Assembly: GCA_965198185.1 (NCBI GenBank)
Contig: CBDAOU010000001.1
Span: 636,310 to 700,309 of the forward strand
DNA: 64,000 bases
DNA from: Chloroflexota bacterium
GTDB taxonomy: Bacteria; Chloroflexota; UBA11872
Reading direction: 5' to 3'
Shown: positions 12,183-21,136 of the stretch, in pieces
Position numbering within the stretch: the stretch's first letter is position 1
Layout of the letters: each line of letters begins with the position of its first letter
The notes under the pieces: generated by a model
What the model saw: the letters and a program-made list of their open reading frames with translations, nothing else
Database searches by the model: none
Told to the model about the DNA's origin: nothing
Translations under genes and position numbers: made by a program

Positions 12183-12476
12183 TCACGGCGCCTCGGCGAG
12201 AACAGGTTCGACGTGGATGTCGTGCGACCGCTTCATCGCCTGCGCTAAGTCGTAGGCGGCCTGCAGCTGGTACCAGGTGGCCGCGCCGCCGCCGAAGGCC
12301 TTGTCCAGGCGAATCGCCATCTCGGGTGAGATCCCGGAACGACCGTTCACGACGTCCGACAACTGCTTGCGGCTGACGCCGAGCCGCCTTGCTGTCTCCG
12401 TGACGCTCAGGTCGAGCGGCTCCAGACAGTCGAACCGCACCGACAGCCCAGGATGCGGCGGATTCTTCATGGGCAT
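12183..12476 (-). CDS. higA: HigA family (HTH-XRE) antitoxin
   Basis: [40 protein letters not shown]...W..LQ..YDL. Confidence 0.9.
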   Translation of the reverse strand: MPMKNPPHPGLSVRFDCLEPLDLSVTETARRLGVSRKQLSDVVNGRSGISPEMAIRLDKAFGGGAATWYQLQAAYDLAQAMKRSHDIHVEPVLAEAP

Positions 12477-12488
12477 GTGTATGTCCTT

Positions 12489-12560
12489 CTAGTGATAGTC
12501 AACGAGATTGACATCGCAGGTGTCCGCCCCGCGAAAGCTGAAGACGAAGCGCCGGGGCGA
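12489..12560 (-). pseudogene. C-terminal remnant of a HigB (plasmid maintenance killer) toxin
   Basis: RRFVFSFRGADTCDVNLVDYH* lies directly upstream of higA and matches the HigB C-terminal RxxFxF...DVxLxDYH pattern; no 5' part is present. Confidence 0.7.
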
Positions 12561-12567
12561 TTGGCCG

Positions 12568-12924
12568 TTAGACCATCAGCCCTTCCACAGGCACGAGCCG
12601 CTTGGCGACCGGGTCGACGCCCATGAACACGCCCTCGAGCGCGAGCGCGCCAAGCAGGGGCAAAGTTCCCTCTTCGTTGAACAGCACCAGCGTGACGACC
12701 TCACGCCCCTCGATGCGCACCCACGTCTGGCCAACGTCCATGAGCCGGACCTCGCCCTGCCCAAACTGAAAGCTCTGACGAGTCAGCGGCGCCACGCCCA
12801 GTTCACGCAGCACCGACGCCGGGACCGAGGTGATAGATGCGCCGGTGTCCACTAGCGCATCCAGCGTCGTCCAACGCTCGCGTTCCTGGTCACCGATGCC
12901 GATCGGAATGCTAAACGTTCCCAT
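12568..12924 (-). CDS. Clan AA (retropepsin-like) aspartic protease
   Basis: ALVDTGAS catalytic motif and LLGALALE; single 118-aa domain. Confidence 0.85.
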   Translation of the reverse strand: MGTFSIPIGIGDQERERWTTLDALVDTGASITSVPASVLRELGVAPLTRQSFQFGQGEVRLMDVGQTWVRIEGREVVTLVLFNEEGTLPLLGALALEGVFMGVDPVAKRLVPVEGLMV

Positions 12925-13030
12925 GTGTGGATGGTGTCAGACGGCGCACAGGCCGGCAACCCGGCGAAACGCTGTGCCGGCAACCTGGGCGACCGATTAG
13001 GGGCTGAACAACGCGGGGAACGCAAGCCGG

Positions 13031-14077
13031 CTACGCCTTGTAGCATCCTAGCCGCCAGCTGGCCTTGTAGCAGGCCGCCAGCTGCCCTTCTCCCTTGTCC
13101 TCAAGCGGCGGATGGTCGTTGTCGCGGCAGAAGTCGTCGGCGATGGGGCAGCGGTCGTAGAAGCGGCAGCGGGGCGCGGGGTCCACGGGCGTCGAGACGC
13201 CGCCGGCGATTCTGACCGGGGCGCGGATGACGGTGGGATCGGGGATCGGCACGGCGGAGAGCAGCGCCTTGGTATAGGGGTGCTTGGGGTGCTGGAGCAC
13301 GGACTCGGTCTCGCCCATTTCCACGATCTTGCCGAGATACATGACCGCGATGCGGGTGCACATATAGCGGGCCACGGCCAGGTCGTGGGTGATGTAGAGA
13401 TAGCTGATGCCCAGGCGGTCGGCCAGGCCCTGCATCAGTTGCATGACGCCGGTTCGGATCGAGACGTCCAGCATTGACGTGGGCTCGTCGGCGACCACGA
13501 AGATCGGCTCGATGACCAACGCCCGCGCAATGGCCGCGCGCTGCCGCTGGCCGCCGGAAAGCTCGTGGGGATACCGGAACAGGTACGCCGCGGGCGGCGT
13601 GAGCCCGACCAACTCCAGCATGCGGGACACGCGCTCCAGGCACTCATGCGGTCCGCAGGCGTTCTGGACCTTCAGCGGCTCGGCGACGGTGTCGAAGATC
13701 GTGCGGCGCGGGTTGAGCGACTCGTAGGGGTCCTGAAAGATCATCTGCGCCTGGCGTCGAAAGGCCTTCAGATCCGCCCCGGTCAGGGTGGTGAGGTCGG
13801 TTGGTGCTCCGCTGCCGTCGTCGAAAAGCACGCGCCCGTCGGTCGGCTCGGCGAGTCGGACCAACAGGCGGCCCGTGGTCGTCTTGCCGCAACCCGACTC
13901 GCCGACCAGGCCGAAGCTCTCGCCACGCGCCAGCTCGAACGAAACACCGTCCACGGCGTGCACGAAGCTGCGGCTGCGCTCGAACATGCGGGTGGAGACG
14001 GGGAATCGCTTTTGAAGCCCCTCGATCTTGACCAGGGAATTGGTTCCGACGGACGACACCGGTGCGGCGGTGGCCAT
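13031..14077 (-). CDS. Oligopeptide/dipeptide ABC transporter ATP-binding protein (OppF-like)
   Basis: GESGCGKT, LSGGQRQR, DEPTS, HPYT and C-terminal CRF..RCP; ATG 14077 overlaps the oppD stop. Confidence 0.92.
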   Translation of the reverse strand: MATAAPVSSVGTNSLVKIEGLQKRFPVSTRMFERSRSFVHAVDGVSFELARGESFGLVGESGCGKTTTGRLLVRLAEPTDGRVLFDDGSGAPTDLTTLTGADLKAFRRQAQMIFQDPYESLNPRRTIFDTVAEPLKVQNACGPHECLERVSRMLELVGLTPPAAYLFRYPHELSGGQRQRAAIARALVIEPIFVVADEPTSMLDVSIRTGVMQLMQGLADRLGISYLYITHDLAVARYMCTRIAVMYLGKIVEMGETESVLQHPKHPYTKALLSAVPIPDPTVIRAPVRIAGGVSTPVDPAPRCRFYDRCPIADDFCRDNDHPPLEDKGEGQLAACYKASWRLGCYKA

Positions 14078-15099
14078 CAGACCGCCTGGCCGTCGAGGGG
14101 ATGCCAGCAGGCCGCCCAATGCGTGCCGGAGCGCACCGTCGGCGGCTCTTCCGAGCGGCAGACGTCGGTGGCGTAGGGACAGCGCGGGTGGAAGCGACAG
14201 CCGGGCGGCGGCGTGAGCAGGTTGGGAGGCTCGCCGGTCAGCATCCCCAGCTTGTGCTTGGGGCCGGTGACGCTGGGAAAGGCCGACATCAGCGTCTGCG
14301 TGTAGGGATGGATGGGGTGGTGAAAGACATCCACCGTCTCGCCCCACTCCACGATCCGGCCCGCGTACATCACGCCCACGACGTGGCTGACCTCGGCGAT
14401 GACCGCCATGTCGTGCGAGATGTAGATCAGGCTCATGTGCAGCTGCTGCTGGACCTTCCGCAGCTCCTTGAGAATGCGGTCCTGGACGATGACGTCCAGC
14501 GCCGTGGTCGGCTCGTCGGCGATCAACAGGTCCGGTTCGCAGGCCAGGGCCATGGCGATGCCGGCGCGCTGTTTCATGCCGCCGCTGTACTCGTGCGGAT
14601 AGCGCGGGATGAAGCTCGGATCGAGACTCACGAGGTCGAAGAGCTCCCGCACGCGCTCCATGGATACGTCGGGGGTTGACTTGATGTGGACGTCGAGGGC
14701 CTCGATGATCTGATCGCCGACCCGGTAGACGGGGTTGAGCGCGTTCATCGCGGCCTGGAACACCATGGCGATGTGATTCCAGCGGTGCGGCCGCATCTCG
14801 TCGTCGGAGAGCGGGGCGAGGTCCGTTCCGTTCAGCAGCATCTTGCCCCCGATGAGGCGCGCGTTCTCCGGCAACAGCTTCAACAGGGCCATGGCGATGG
14901 ACGACTTGCCGCAGCCGGACTCTCCCACCAGGCCGACGGATTCCCCGCGCTGGACGGCGAATGAGACCCCGTCCACGGCGCGCACGTCGCCGGCCCGCGT
15001 CGCGTAGTACATGGTGAGGTCCTCGACGGCGAGAACCGGGTCGGGCGTGGCGACGCTATTCGTTGGCGCGGCGGCCGCTGGTTGAGGGTTCGTGTCCAC
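14077..15099 (-). CDS. Oligopeptide/dipeptide ABC transporter ATP-binding protein (OppD-like)
   Basis: [36 protein letters not shown]. Confidence 0.93.
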   Translation of the reverse strand: MDTNPQPAAAAPTNSVATPDPVLAVEDLTMYYATRAGDVRAVDGVSFAVQRGESVGLVGESGCGKSSIAMALLKLLPENARLIGGKMLLNGTDLAPLSDDEMRPHRWNHIAMVFQAAMNALNPVYRVGDQIIEALDVHIKSTPDVSMERVRELFDLVSLDPSFIPRYPHEYSGGMKQRAGIAMALACEPDLLIADEPTTALDVIVQDRILKELRKVQQQLHMSLIYISHDMAVIAEVSHVVGVMYAGRIVEWGETVDVFHHPIHPYTQTLMSAFPSVTGPKHKLGMLTGEPPNLLTPPPGCRFHPRCPYATDVCRSEEPPTVRSGTHWAACWHPLDGQAV

Positions 15100-15108
15100 G
15101 GTGGTTCG

Positions 15109-15414
15109 CTAGGTGACTCGAACCGGATGCGGGACGGGTTGATTGAAGAGATAGCCCTTCTCGTTGAAGGGAATCTCGTCCGGTTGCGTGTTGCCCGCCG
15201 CGGTCGTCGGCAATGCGTCCGGATCGCCGGGACCCATACATGCCGCCAGCACCGTGAACGCGCCGGCGGCGGAGAGCGCCTGTAGGAAGCGTCGGCGGTT
15301 CAGGCCCATCTGCCGCACCGGGTGCCTGCGTCGGGCAGCGTCGCCGGAGCCCCGACCCGGTTCGACAGGTGCTTGGTCCATCGTCATGCGTTTTCCCATA
15401 TGGCGTTTGCTCAT
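15109..15414 (-). CDS. Small putative Tat-exported lipoprotein inside the ABC transporter operon
   Basis: ATG overlaps the oppC stop (ATGA); NRRRFLQ twin-arginine motif, hydrophobic stretch and LAAC lipobox. The true start may be a downstream Met. Confidence 0.62.
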   Translation of the reverse strand: MSKRHMGKRMTMDQAPVEPGRGSGDAARRRHPVRQMGLNRRRFLQALSAAGAFTVLAACMGPGDPDALPTTAAGNTQPDEIPFNEKGYLFNQPVPHPVRVT

Positions 15415-16361
15415 ATCCGTCGCAGCCGCGGGTTCACGACTTCGTCCAGCGATCGACCGAGCAGGTAGAACGACGAGCACAAGAGGGTGATGGACAAGCT
15501 GGCGGGAAATATGAGCCACCAGTACTCGCCGACTTGCAGCAGGTATCCGGCGGACTCGGTGGTGTGGATCATCAGGCCCCAGCTCATCCGGACGTCCAGC
15601 AGTCCCAGGAAGCTGAGCACGGCTTCCGAGAAGATGGCGCTGGTGACGGTGAACATCATGTAGAGGAATGAGAGCGGCAGCAGGTTGGGGACGACGTGGA
15701 CGAGCAGGATGTGCAGCGTTCCGCCGCCCGCCGCTCTGGCGGCCTCGATGTAGGGCTTGACGACGACGGAAAGCGCTTGGGATTTCAGCACGACGCCGGT
15801 GCCGCCGAATCCCGAGAGCAGGCCGATCAGCACGGCCAACTCCAGATGCCCGACCTCGAACAGGGCGCTCAGCACGATGAGGATGCTGATCGCCGGCATC
15901 ATGATCATGATGTCGGCCAGCCGCATCAGCAGCGTGTCCACCCAGCCGCCGTAGTAAGCGGCGATCGCGCCGACCATCGTGCCTATGCACACGGTCATGA
16001 GCGCCGCGAGCAATCCGAGCAGGAACTCCGACCGCGTGCTGAACATGAGCTGGCTCAGGATGTCCCGGCCCAACGGATCGGTGCCGAGCGGGTGGCTCAG
16101 GCTTGGCGGCGCGGGCTGGTCGGGCTCGTCAAAGGCGTAGCCCACGATCGGGTCGTAGATGCGCTCGTCCCAGACCGTGTGCATCAGGATTGGATGCGCC
16201 GCGGCCAGCAGCAGATAGAAGAGGATGATCGCCAGTCCCAAGACGCCGATGCGCGTGCCGAGAAACAGCGACCAGTTCTGCCCAAGGCTTCGTCCCGCCA
16301 GCGCCAGGCGCATCTTCCACAGCGACGGCGCGGCGGCGGCATGCGTGGCTTCCAGGGTCAT
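15411..16361 (-). CDS. Peptide ABC transporter permease (OppC-like)
   Basis: HPLGTD.LGRD, YIEAARAAG EAA loop, EAVLSFLGL and NPRLR end. Confidence 0.93.
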   Translation of the reverse strand: MTLEATHAAAAPSLWKMRLALAGRSLGQNWSLFLGTRIGVLGLAIILFYLLLAAAHPILMHTVWDERIYDPIVGYAFDEPDQPAPPSLSHPLGTDPLGRDILSQLMFSTRSEFLLGLLAALMTVCIGTMVGAIAAYYGGWVDTLLMRLADIMIMMPAISILIVLSALFEVGHLELAVLIGLLSGFGGTGVVLKSQALSVVVKPYIEAARAAGGGTLHILLVHVVPNLLPLSFLYMMFTVTSAIFSEAVLSFLGLLDVRMSWGLMIHTTESAGYLLQVGEYWWLIFPASLSITLLCSSFYLLGRSLDEVVNPRLRRI

Positions 16362-17509
16362 CGATACCGGACTCTCGGGTCGAGATAGGCGTAGAGGACA
16401 TCAGCTGCCAGGTGCGCCACGAGCACGAATACGCCCACAAAGACGAAGGCCCCCACCGCCAGCGGGAGGTCTTCGCTGACCGTCGCCGACACCAGCGTTT
16501 GCCCCATCCCGGGCCAGGAGAAGACGGACTCGATGATGACGCCGCCGTCGATGGCGAAGGCCAGGCTGAAGACAAAGCTGGTCACCACCGGCAGCAAGGC
16601 GTTGCGGGCGACGTGTTTGTCGCGCACGTCCTTTTCCGGCAGTCCCTTGGCGCGGGCCACCATCACGTGATCTTCGCGAATGACCTCCAGCATGCTGTTG
16701 CGGGTCAGCAACATGGTTCCGGCAAAGCTGATGAGCGTCAGCGTGGCGATGGGCAGGATCATGTGCTTGACGAGGTCCAGCGCCAGGTAGCCGACGCCCG
16801 ACGCCAGCCACACGCCGATCACCGCCACGGCAGCGGCGGCGATGCTCCCCGCCTGGATGAGCGGCGCGGCGGTCAGACGCTTATTCCTGGTCGCCAGAAA
16901 GATGGCGAACACGACCACCGTCACGCCGGCGACCGTTGCCAGCATGAGATTGAAGATCGAATTCGAGTCCGTCGGCGCATCGCGCCACAACACCGGGTCC
17001 AAGAACTTGCCGATGGGCAGCCAGCCGGCCTTGAAGGCGAAGAGCCAGATCATCATGAGCCCGAACCACGGGGTGAATACCGTGTACAGCGAGACGCCGC
17101 CGATGGTTGAGGCGTATTCGACCCAGCCGCCGCGGCGCCAGGCGATGATCTTGCCCAGCGCGAATCCGAGATAGAAGGAAATCACGGTTGCCGTCGCGAA
17201 TAGCACGAGCGTTCGCGGCAGGCGCTCCAGGATCACGTCGCCAACGGTCCTCGGATAAAGGCTGAAGGAGACGCCGAAGTTACCGGTGACCGTGTTCTTG
17301 AGATGGACCAGGTATTGCTTCCAGAGCGGCTCGTTGACGCCGAAGAGCTCCTGGAGGCCCGCGCGGGTCTCCGGCGGGAGACTGGGGTCCATGGAGTAGA
17401 GGCGGGTGATATCGCCGGGCTGGGCGCTGACGAGAAAGAACACGATGGTCAGGAACACGAAGAGCGTCAGCAGGATTTGCACGGTGCGACGCAGGAGATA
17501 GGCAGCCAT
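16358..17509 (-). CDS. Peptide ABC transporter permease (OppB-like)
   Basis: YLLRR, GNFGVS, ARAKGL, HVARNALLP, ESVFSWPGMG, YAYLDPRVR. Confidence 0.93.
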   Translation of the reverse strand: MAAYLLRRTVQILLTLFVFLTIVFFLVSAQPGDITRLYSMDPSLPPETRAGLQELFGVNEPLWKQYLVHLKNTVTGNFGVSFSLYPRTVGDVILERLPRTLVLFATATVISFYLGFALGKIIAWRRGGWVEYASTIGGVSLYTVFTPWFGLMMIWLFAFKAGWLPIGKFLDPVLWRDAPTDSNSIFNLMLATVAGVTVVVFAIFLATRNKRLTAAPLIQAGSIAAAAVAVIGVWLASGVGYLALDLVKHMILPIATLTLISFAGTMLLTRNSMLEVIREDHVMVARAKGLPEKDVRDKHVARNALLPVVTSFVFSLAFAIDGGVIIESVFSWPGMGQTLVSATVSEDLPLAVGAFVFVGVFVLVAHLAADVLYAYLDPRVRYR

Positions 17510-17592
17510 TCAAATCACCCGTGCGATCGCGATTCGGCCACTCATGCCGGGAATACGCCCATCCAGCCCCGCAATCTCAGCGCGGTCAAACG

Positions 17593-19686
17593 CTACTTGA
17601 TCAGCACCAGGTGTTGCAGCCCCTGTTGCTGCGCCATGCCGCCAAGCACCGAGGTGTAGGCGTACTCGACCCGCGACGGTCGGAACACGTCCACCTTCGG
17701 CGTCGTGAACAGCGTCACGTAGGGCAGGTCGTCCGCGAGCAGTTCCTGCATCTGATGGATCTTTTCGCGCGCGCCCTCGATGGTGGTCTCGGACAGCAGG
17801 GCAAAGGCCAGGGCATCGAATTCGGGGTTGGCGTAGCCGCCCCAGTTGTAGCCGCCCTCCTCGTTCTCGGGCGCGTGGCGGCTGTGGAAGATGTTCTCCA
17901 GGTGGTTGGGGAAGATGCTGAAGCCCCAGCCCAGGATCCACATGTCAAGGTCCTCGGCCACCGTCTCGCTGAACAACCGGTCGACGAGGACGTTGAAGCC
18001 CACCAACTGCGCCCGAACGGGAATGCCCAAGTCGTTCAGCCAGCGCTCGATCCAGATGGCGAAGGTGGACCGCAGGGGATCGTAGCCGGCGCTGGGCGCT
18101 ATCAACTCGAGCTTGGGCACCTCAGATCCGTCGGGCATTCGCAGCCCCTTGCCCGGCGTGGACACGAAATCGCCGTCCTCGCTGACCTCCGGCTCCTGCT
18201 CATAGGTGAACCCGGCGTCTTTTAACAGCGCCACGGCCTGTGCGATTCGCTCGCCTTGGCTCAGCCCCTGACCGATCTTGGACGTGGCGTCGTTGTGCCA
18301 AAACGTGTTCCCTTCGGGGACCATGGCGTACATGGGGATCGCCGCGTCCTGCAGGATGGACCGCGACACAAACTCCTTGTCGATCACAGTCGCCACGGCC
18401 TGCCTGAACGCCTTGGAGCTCATCGGGCCCTTGCGCGTGTTGAATCCCAGATAGAACACGCCGTTGTCGAGATTGGTCACGACCTCCAGATCGGGCGCTT
18501 GGCGGACGCGGTCCAGGAAGCCCTTCTCAAGCCCCAACGGGTTGAAGAGGAAGTCGATATCGCCCGTGGTCAGGGCGAGGATCGCCGAATCCTGGTTGCC
18601 ATAGATGCTGAAGATCTCGGTCTCGAAGTGCGGGCCGATCTCGTACTCGAGAACTTTGTCGCCGGTGGCTTCACCGTAGGCGACCTCGGAGTAGCCGAGC
18701 CTCTCGTTCGTCTCCATGTACGCGCCGCTCTCGAACTCGCTCACGACGGCGCCCATCTGGAAGTAGCTCGGGACCGTCTCGTTCTCAAAGAAGGCGCCCG
18801 GTTCCCATTGGCGGTACGCGAGACCGTTGGAAGTGGGCTCGCCGTCGGGCACGTGCGCGAACAGGGCCTCAATCTGCTGAGCCATTTCGCCGGCCTTCTT
18901 GGCCTCCTCGACCACGGGCGCCCAGTAGTGCTCGGGGAGAATTGGCATGAACGCCAAGCCGAACTGCCACACGCTGAGGCCGGGCGTCTGTGGGTTCCCC
19001 TCGGCGTCGGTCGCCTTGAAGTAGATCTTCAGTCGATGGCTGTCGACGGCTTCCACCCGGTCGATGAACGCAGAATGAACCAGCTGGGCCCAGTTGCCGC
19101 CGAGCTGCAGGTCCATGACGGTGTTGACCGTGAAGACGAAGTCAGCCGCCGTCAGCTCCTCGCCGTCGCTCCAGGTCACGCCCCCTTTGAGCGAGACTTC
19201 GGTCGTCCAGAACTCGGCGCCGTCGACGGTCTGCTTTGCCAAGGGCGTCGGGAAACCGTCCGCGGCCACCGGGACCCAGTCGAACCGTTGCGCGGAATAG
19301 CCGTAGAGCTGCGTGGCGTAGCCACTGATCACGTATCCGGTCCAGACCGACCCAGCCGGCCCGCCCAGGTAGTTCCAGATATTGCGCGAGATCGGATCCT
19401 CGAACAGCCCCATCTTGTAGATGGCCGGTCCGGTGGGGGCCGAGGTTTCGGCCGCCTCCGTGGCCGCCGGAGTCGGGGTGGCCTGGACGATGCGCTCGAC
19501 CTCCACGATCTTCTCGACCTCGACCGGGACTTCCACAATTTTTTCGACTTCGACGGTGACGGTGACGATCTTCTCGACCGGTGGAGGCTCGGCGGTGTCG
19601 CCGCAGGCAAGCGCCGAAGCGGCGACGACAAGACTGCCTACAAGGAATACCAGTGGTGCGCGCATGAGCCTGCCCATGAAAGCCAC
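17593..19686 (-). CDS. ABC transporter substrate-binding lipoprotein (family 5, OppA/DppA-like)
   Basis: ALAC lipobox, VEVEKIV linker, WSDGEELTAADFVFT, FRQAVA..ID and YNWGGYANPEFD. Confidence 0.9.
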   Translation of the reverse strand: MAFMGRLMRAPLVFLVGSLVVAASALACGDTAEPPPVEKIVTVTVEVEKIVEVPVEVEKIVEVERIVQATPTPAATEAAETSAPTGPAIYKMGLFEDPISRNIWNYLGGPAGSVWTGYVISGYATQLYGYSAQRFDWVPVAADGFPTPLAKQTVDGAEFWTTEVSLKGGVTWSDGEELTAADFVFTVNTVMDLQLGGNWAQLVHSAFIDRVEAVDSHRLKIYFKATDAEGNPQTPGLSVWQFGLAFMPILPEHYWAPVVEEAKKAGEMAQQIEALFAHVPDGEPTSNGLAYRQWEPGAFFENETVPSYFQMGAVVSEFESGAYMETNERLGYSEVAYGEATGDKVLEYEIGPHFETEIFSIYGNQDSAILALTTGDIDFLFNPLGLEKGFLDRVRQAPDLEVVTNLDNGVFYLGFNTRKGPMSSKAFRQAVATVIDKEFVSRSILQDAAIPMYAMVPEGNTFWHNDATSKIGQGLSQGERIAQAVALLKDAGFTYEQEPEVSEDGDFVSTPGKGLRMPDGSEVPKLELIAPSAGYDPLRSTFAIWIERWLNDLGIPVRAQLVGFNVLVDRLFSETVAEDLDMWILGWGFSIFPNHLENIFHSRHAPENEEGGYNWGGYANPEFDALAFALLSETTIEGAREKIHQMQELLADDLPYVTLFTTPKVDVFRPSRVEYAYTSVLGGMAQQQGLQHLVLIK

Positions 19687-19863
19687 ACCGCCATTGGAGT
19701 CTGGGACCGCGTCCCAATAGTACGCAGTGTCGTTCCGGCGTCGCGAGTCGAGGTAGCAAATCTTCCCGTTGCTCGCGTTCCCTCTAGCAGACCGAAACCG
19801 GCGCTACCAGAGAATGGGCGCCGGGTATCGGGCGATCGCCGGGTCGGGGATCACAATGGTCGA

Positions 19864-20529
19864 GTGGTTGAAAAGGAGATCGTGGCCGAGATTGAGGGCT
19901 TACAGAGAGTCATCGACGGCGCTCGCGCAGTCATCGACAACTTCCGCCCCCACATCCCCATCGACCCTGAATGGCCGGTGGTAGAGCTGGGCAAAGTCGC
20001 ACGCCTTATCAACGGACGAGCCTATACGCGGTCTGAGCTACTGAAAGACGGACCAACGCCGGTTCTGCGCGTGGGGAAATTCTTCTCCAACCGGGAATGG
20101 TTTTACTCGGACTTGCAGCTCAATGACGATAAATATTGCCGGGCCGGAGATCTATTGTACGCATGGTCAGCCTCATTTGGTCCTAGAATCTGGCACTGTC
20201 CAAGAGCAATCTTCCATTATCATATTTGGAAAATCGAAACTACTGAAGATATGAATAAGAAATTTCTCTACTACCTGCTTGATATGGAGTCTGAGAAAAT
20301 CAAAGCAGATGGTCACGGCATCGCTATGATGCACGCGACCGAATCGGGCATGGAGCGTCGCGGATTGCCTCTTCCCCCTCTTGCCACACAGCAGTCAATC
20401 GTTGCGGAACTCGATGAGGAAGAGGGCCTGATCTCCGCCAATCGCAATCTGATCGACCGATTTGAGCGTAAGATCCAAGCCGCCATCGCCCGCGTCTGGG
20501 GCGATGGCGCTAGCCGAACAGTCGCGTAA
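19864..20529 (+). pseudogene. Orphan type I restriction-modification specificity (HsdS-like) module: conserved helix, one TRD, C-terminal helix
   Basis: EIVAEIEG.QRVIDGARAVIDNFRPHIPIDPEWPVVELG, GDLLYAWS, PLPPLATQQSIVAEL...RVWG; visibly AT-richer; no hsdM or hsdR nearby. Confidence 0.75.
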
Positions 20530-21133
20530 GCCAAGCGACGAATCTCTGACAGAGATCGCCATCCACGTCGAGGTCTCGGGCTCGGATAGCCAGGCCCATT
20601 TGCCTAGGATCTTCCCGGGCAGCCAGCCAGGCATACAGCTGTGCCCGCACGGTCTTGCTCGCGGCGAACGGCGGGTTAGGTATCTCGTCGATATACCGCT
20701 GCGAAAGCGGCCACACCGGATCGTCCGCCGGGACCATCTGGATCACGAAGTTTTCAAGCTCACCGGCTGAATGGTTGTCAGGCATCACCCAGACTCCGAT
20801 GCGGGGCCTGTCGCTGGTGCTATTGATGATGGTTCCTGACGCTTCGGGTGAGCTTGGGATGCAAACGTCCTCGTCGGCAAGGCGATCTCTTACGGCGTCC
20901 CAGCGAGCCGGGACATTGTGGTTGGCGTCTACGACGATCCCGATCGACTGACGCCCTGGAGCAAGGATGTCCGCGCCAAGATCATCCAGCAGCGTATCAA
21001 TGCCACCCTTTGGCTCAACGTGAAAGGACGTTGACGGTTCGCAGCGCTCACATATCCGCGCCACGACATGCTTCTCATCCGGACCTTCGACAATGAGCAC
21101 ACGGCTCAGCGACGCTGACCCAGGAAGCGACAC
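20510..21133 (-). CDS. DUF3226-like (TOPRIM-fold) protein partnered with the ATPase
   Basis: LIVEGPDE (TOPRIM Glu), IGIVVDAN (DxD-like), GVWVMPDN..AGELENF. Confidence 0.7.
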   Translation of the reverse strand: MSLPGSASLSRVLIVEGPDEKHVVARICERCEPSTSFHVEPKGGIDTLLDDLGADILAPGRQSIGIVVDANHNVPARWDAVRDRLADEDVCIPSSPEASGTIINSTSDRPRIGVWVMPDNHSAGELENFVIQMVPADDPVWPLSQRYIDEIPNPPFAASKTVRAQLYAWLAAREDPRQMGLAIRARDLDVDGDLCQRFVAWLTRLFG

Positions 21134-21136
21134 AAG

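Noticed and set aside
10440-13030. Integron cassette array (TA genes as cassettes)
   Set aside because: No intI and no repeated attC-like RYYYAAC...GTTRRRY structures were found between the modules.
19490-19580. Short tandem repeats in oppA resembling an array
   Set aside because: They encode the VEVEKIV low-complexity lipoprotein linker; there are no spacers, so this is not CRISPR. No CRISPR array was seen anywhere in the window.
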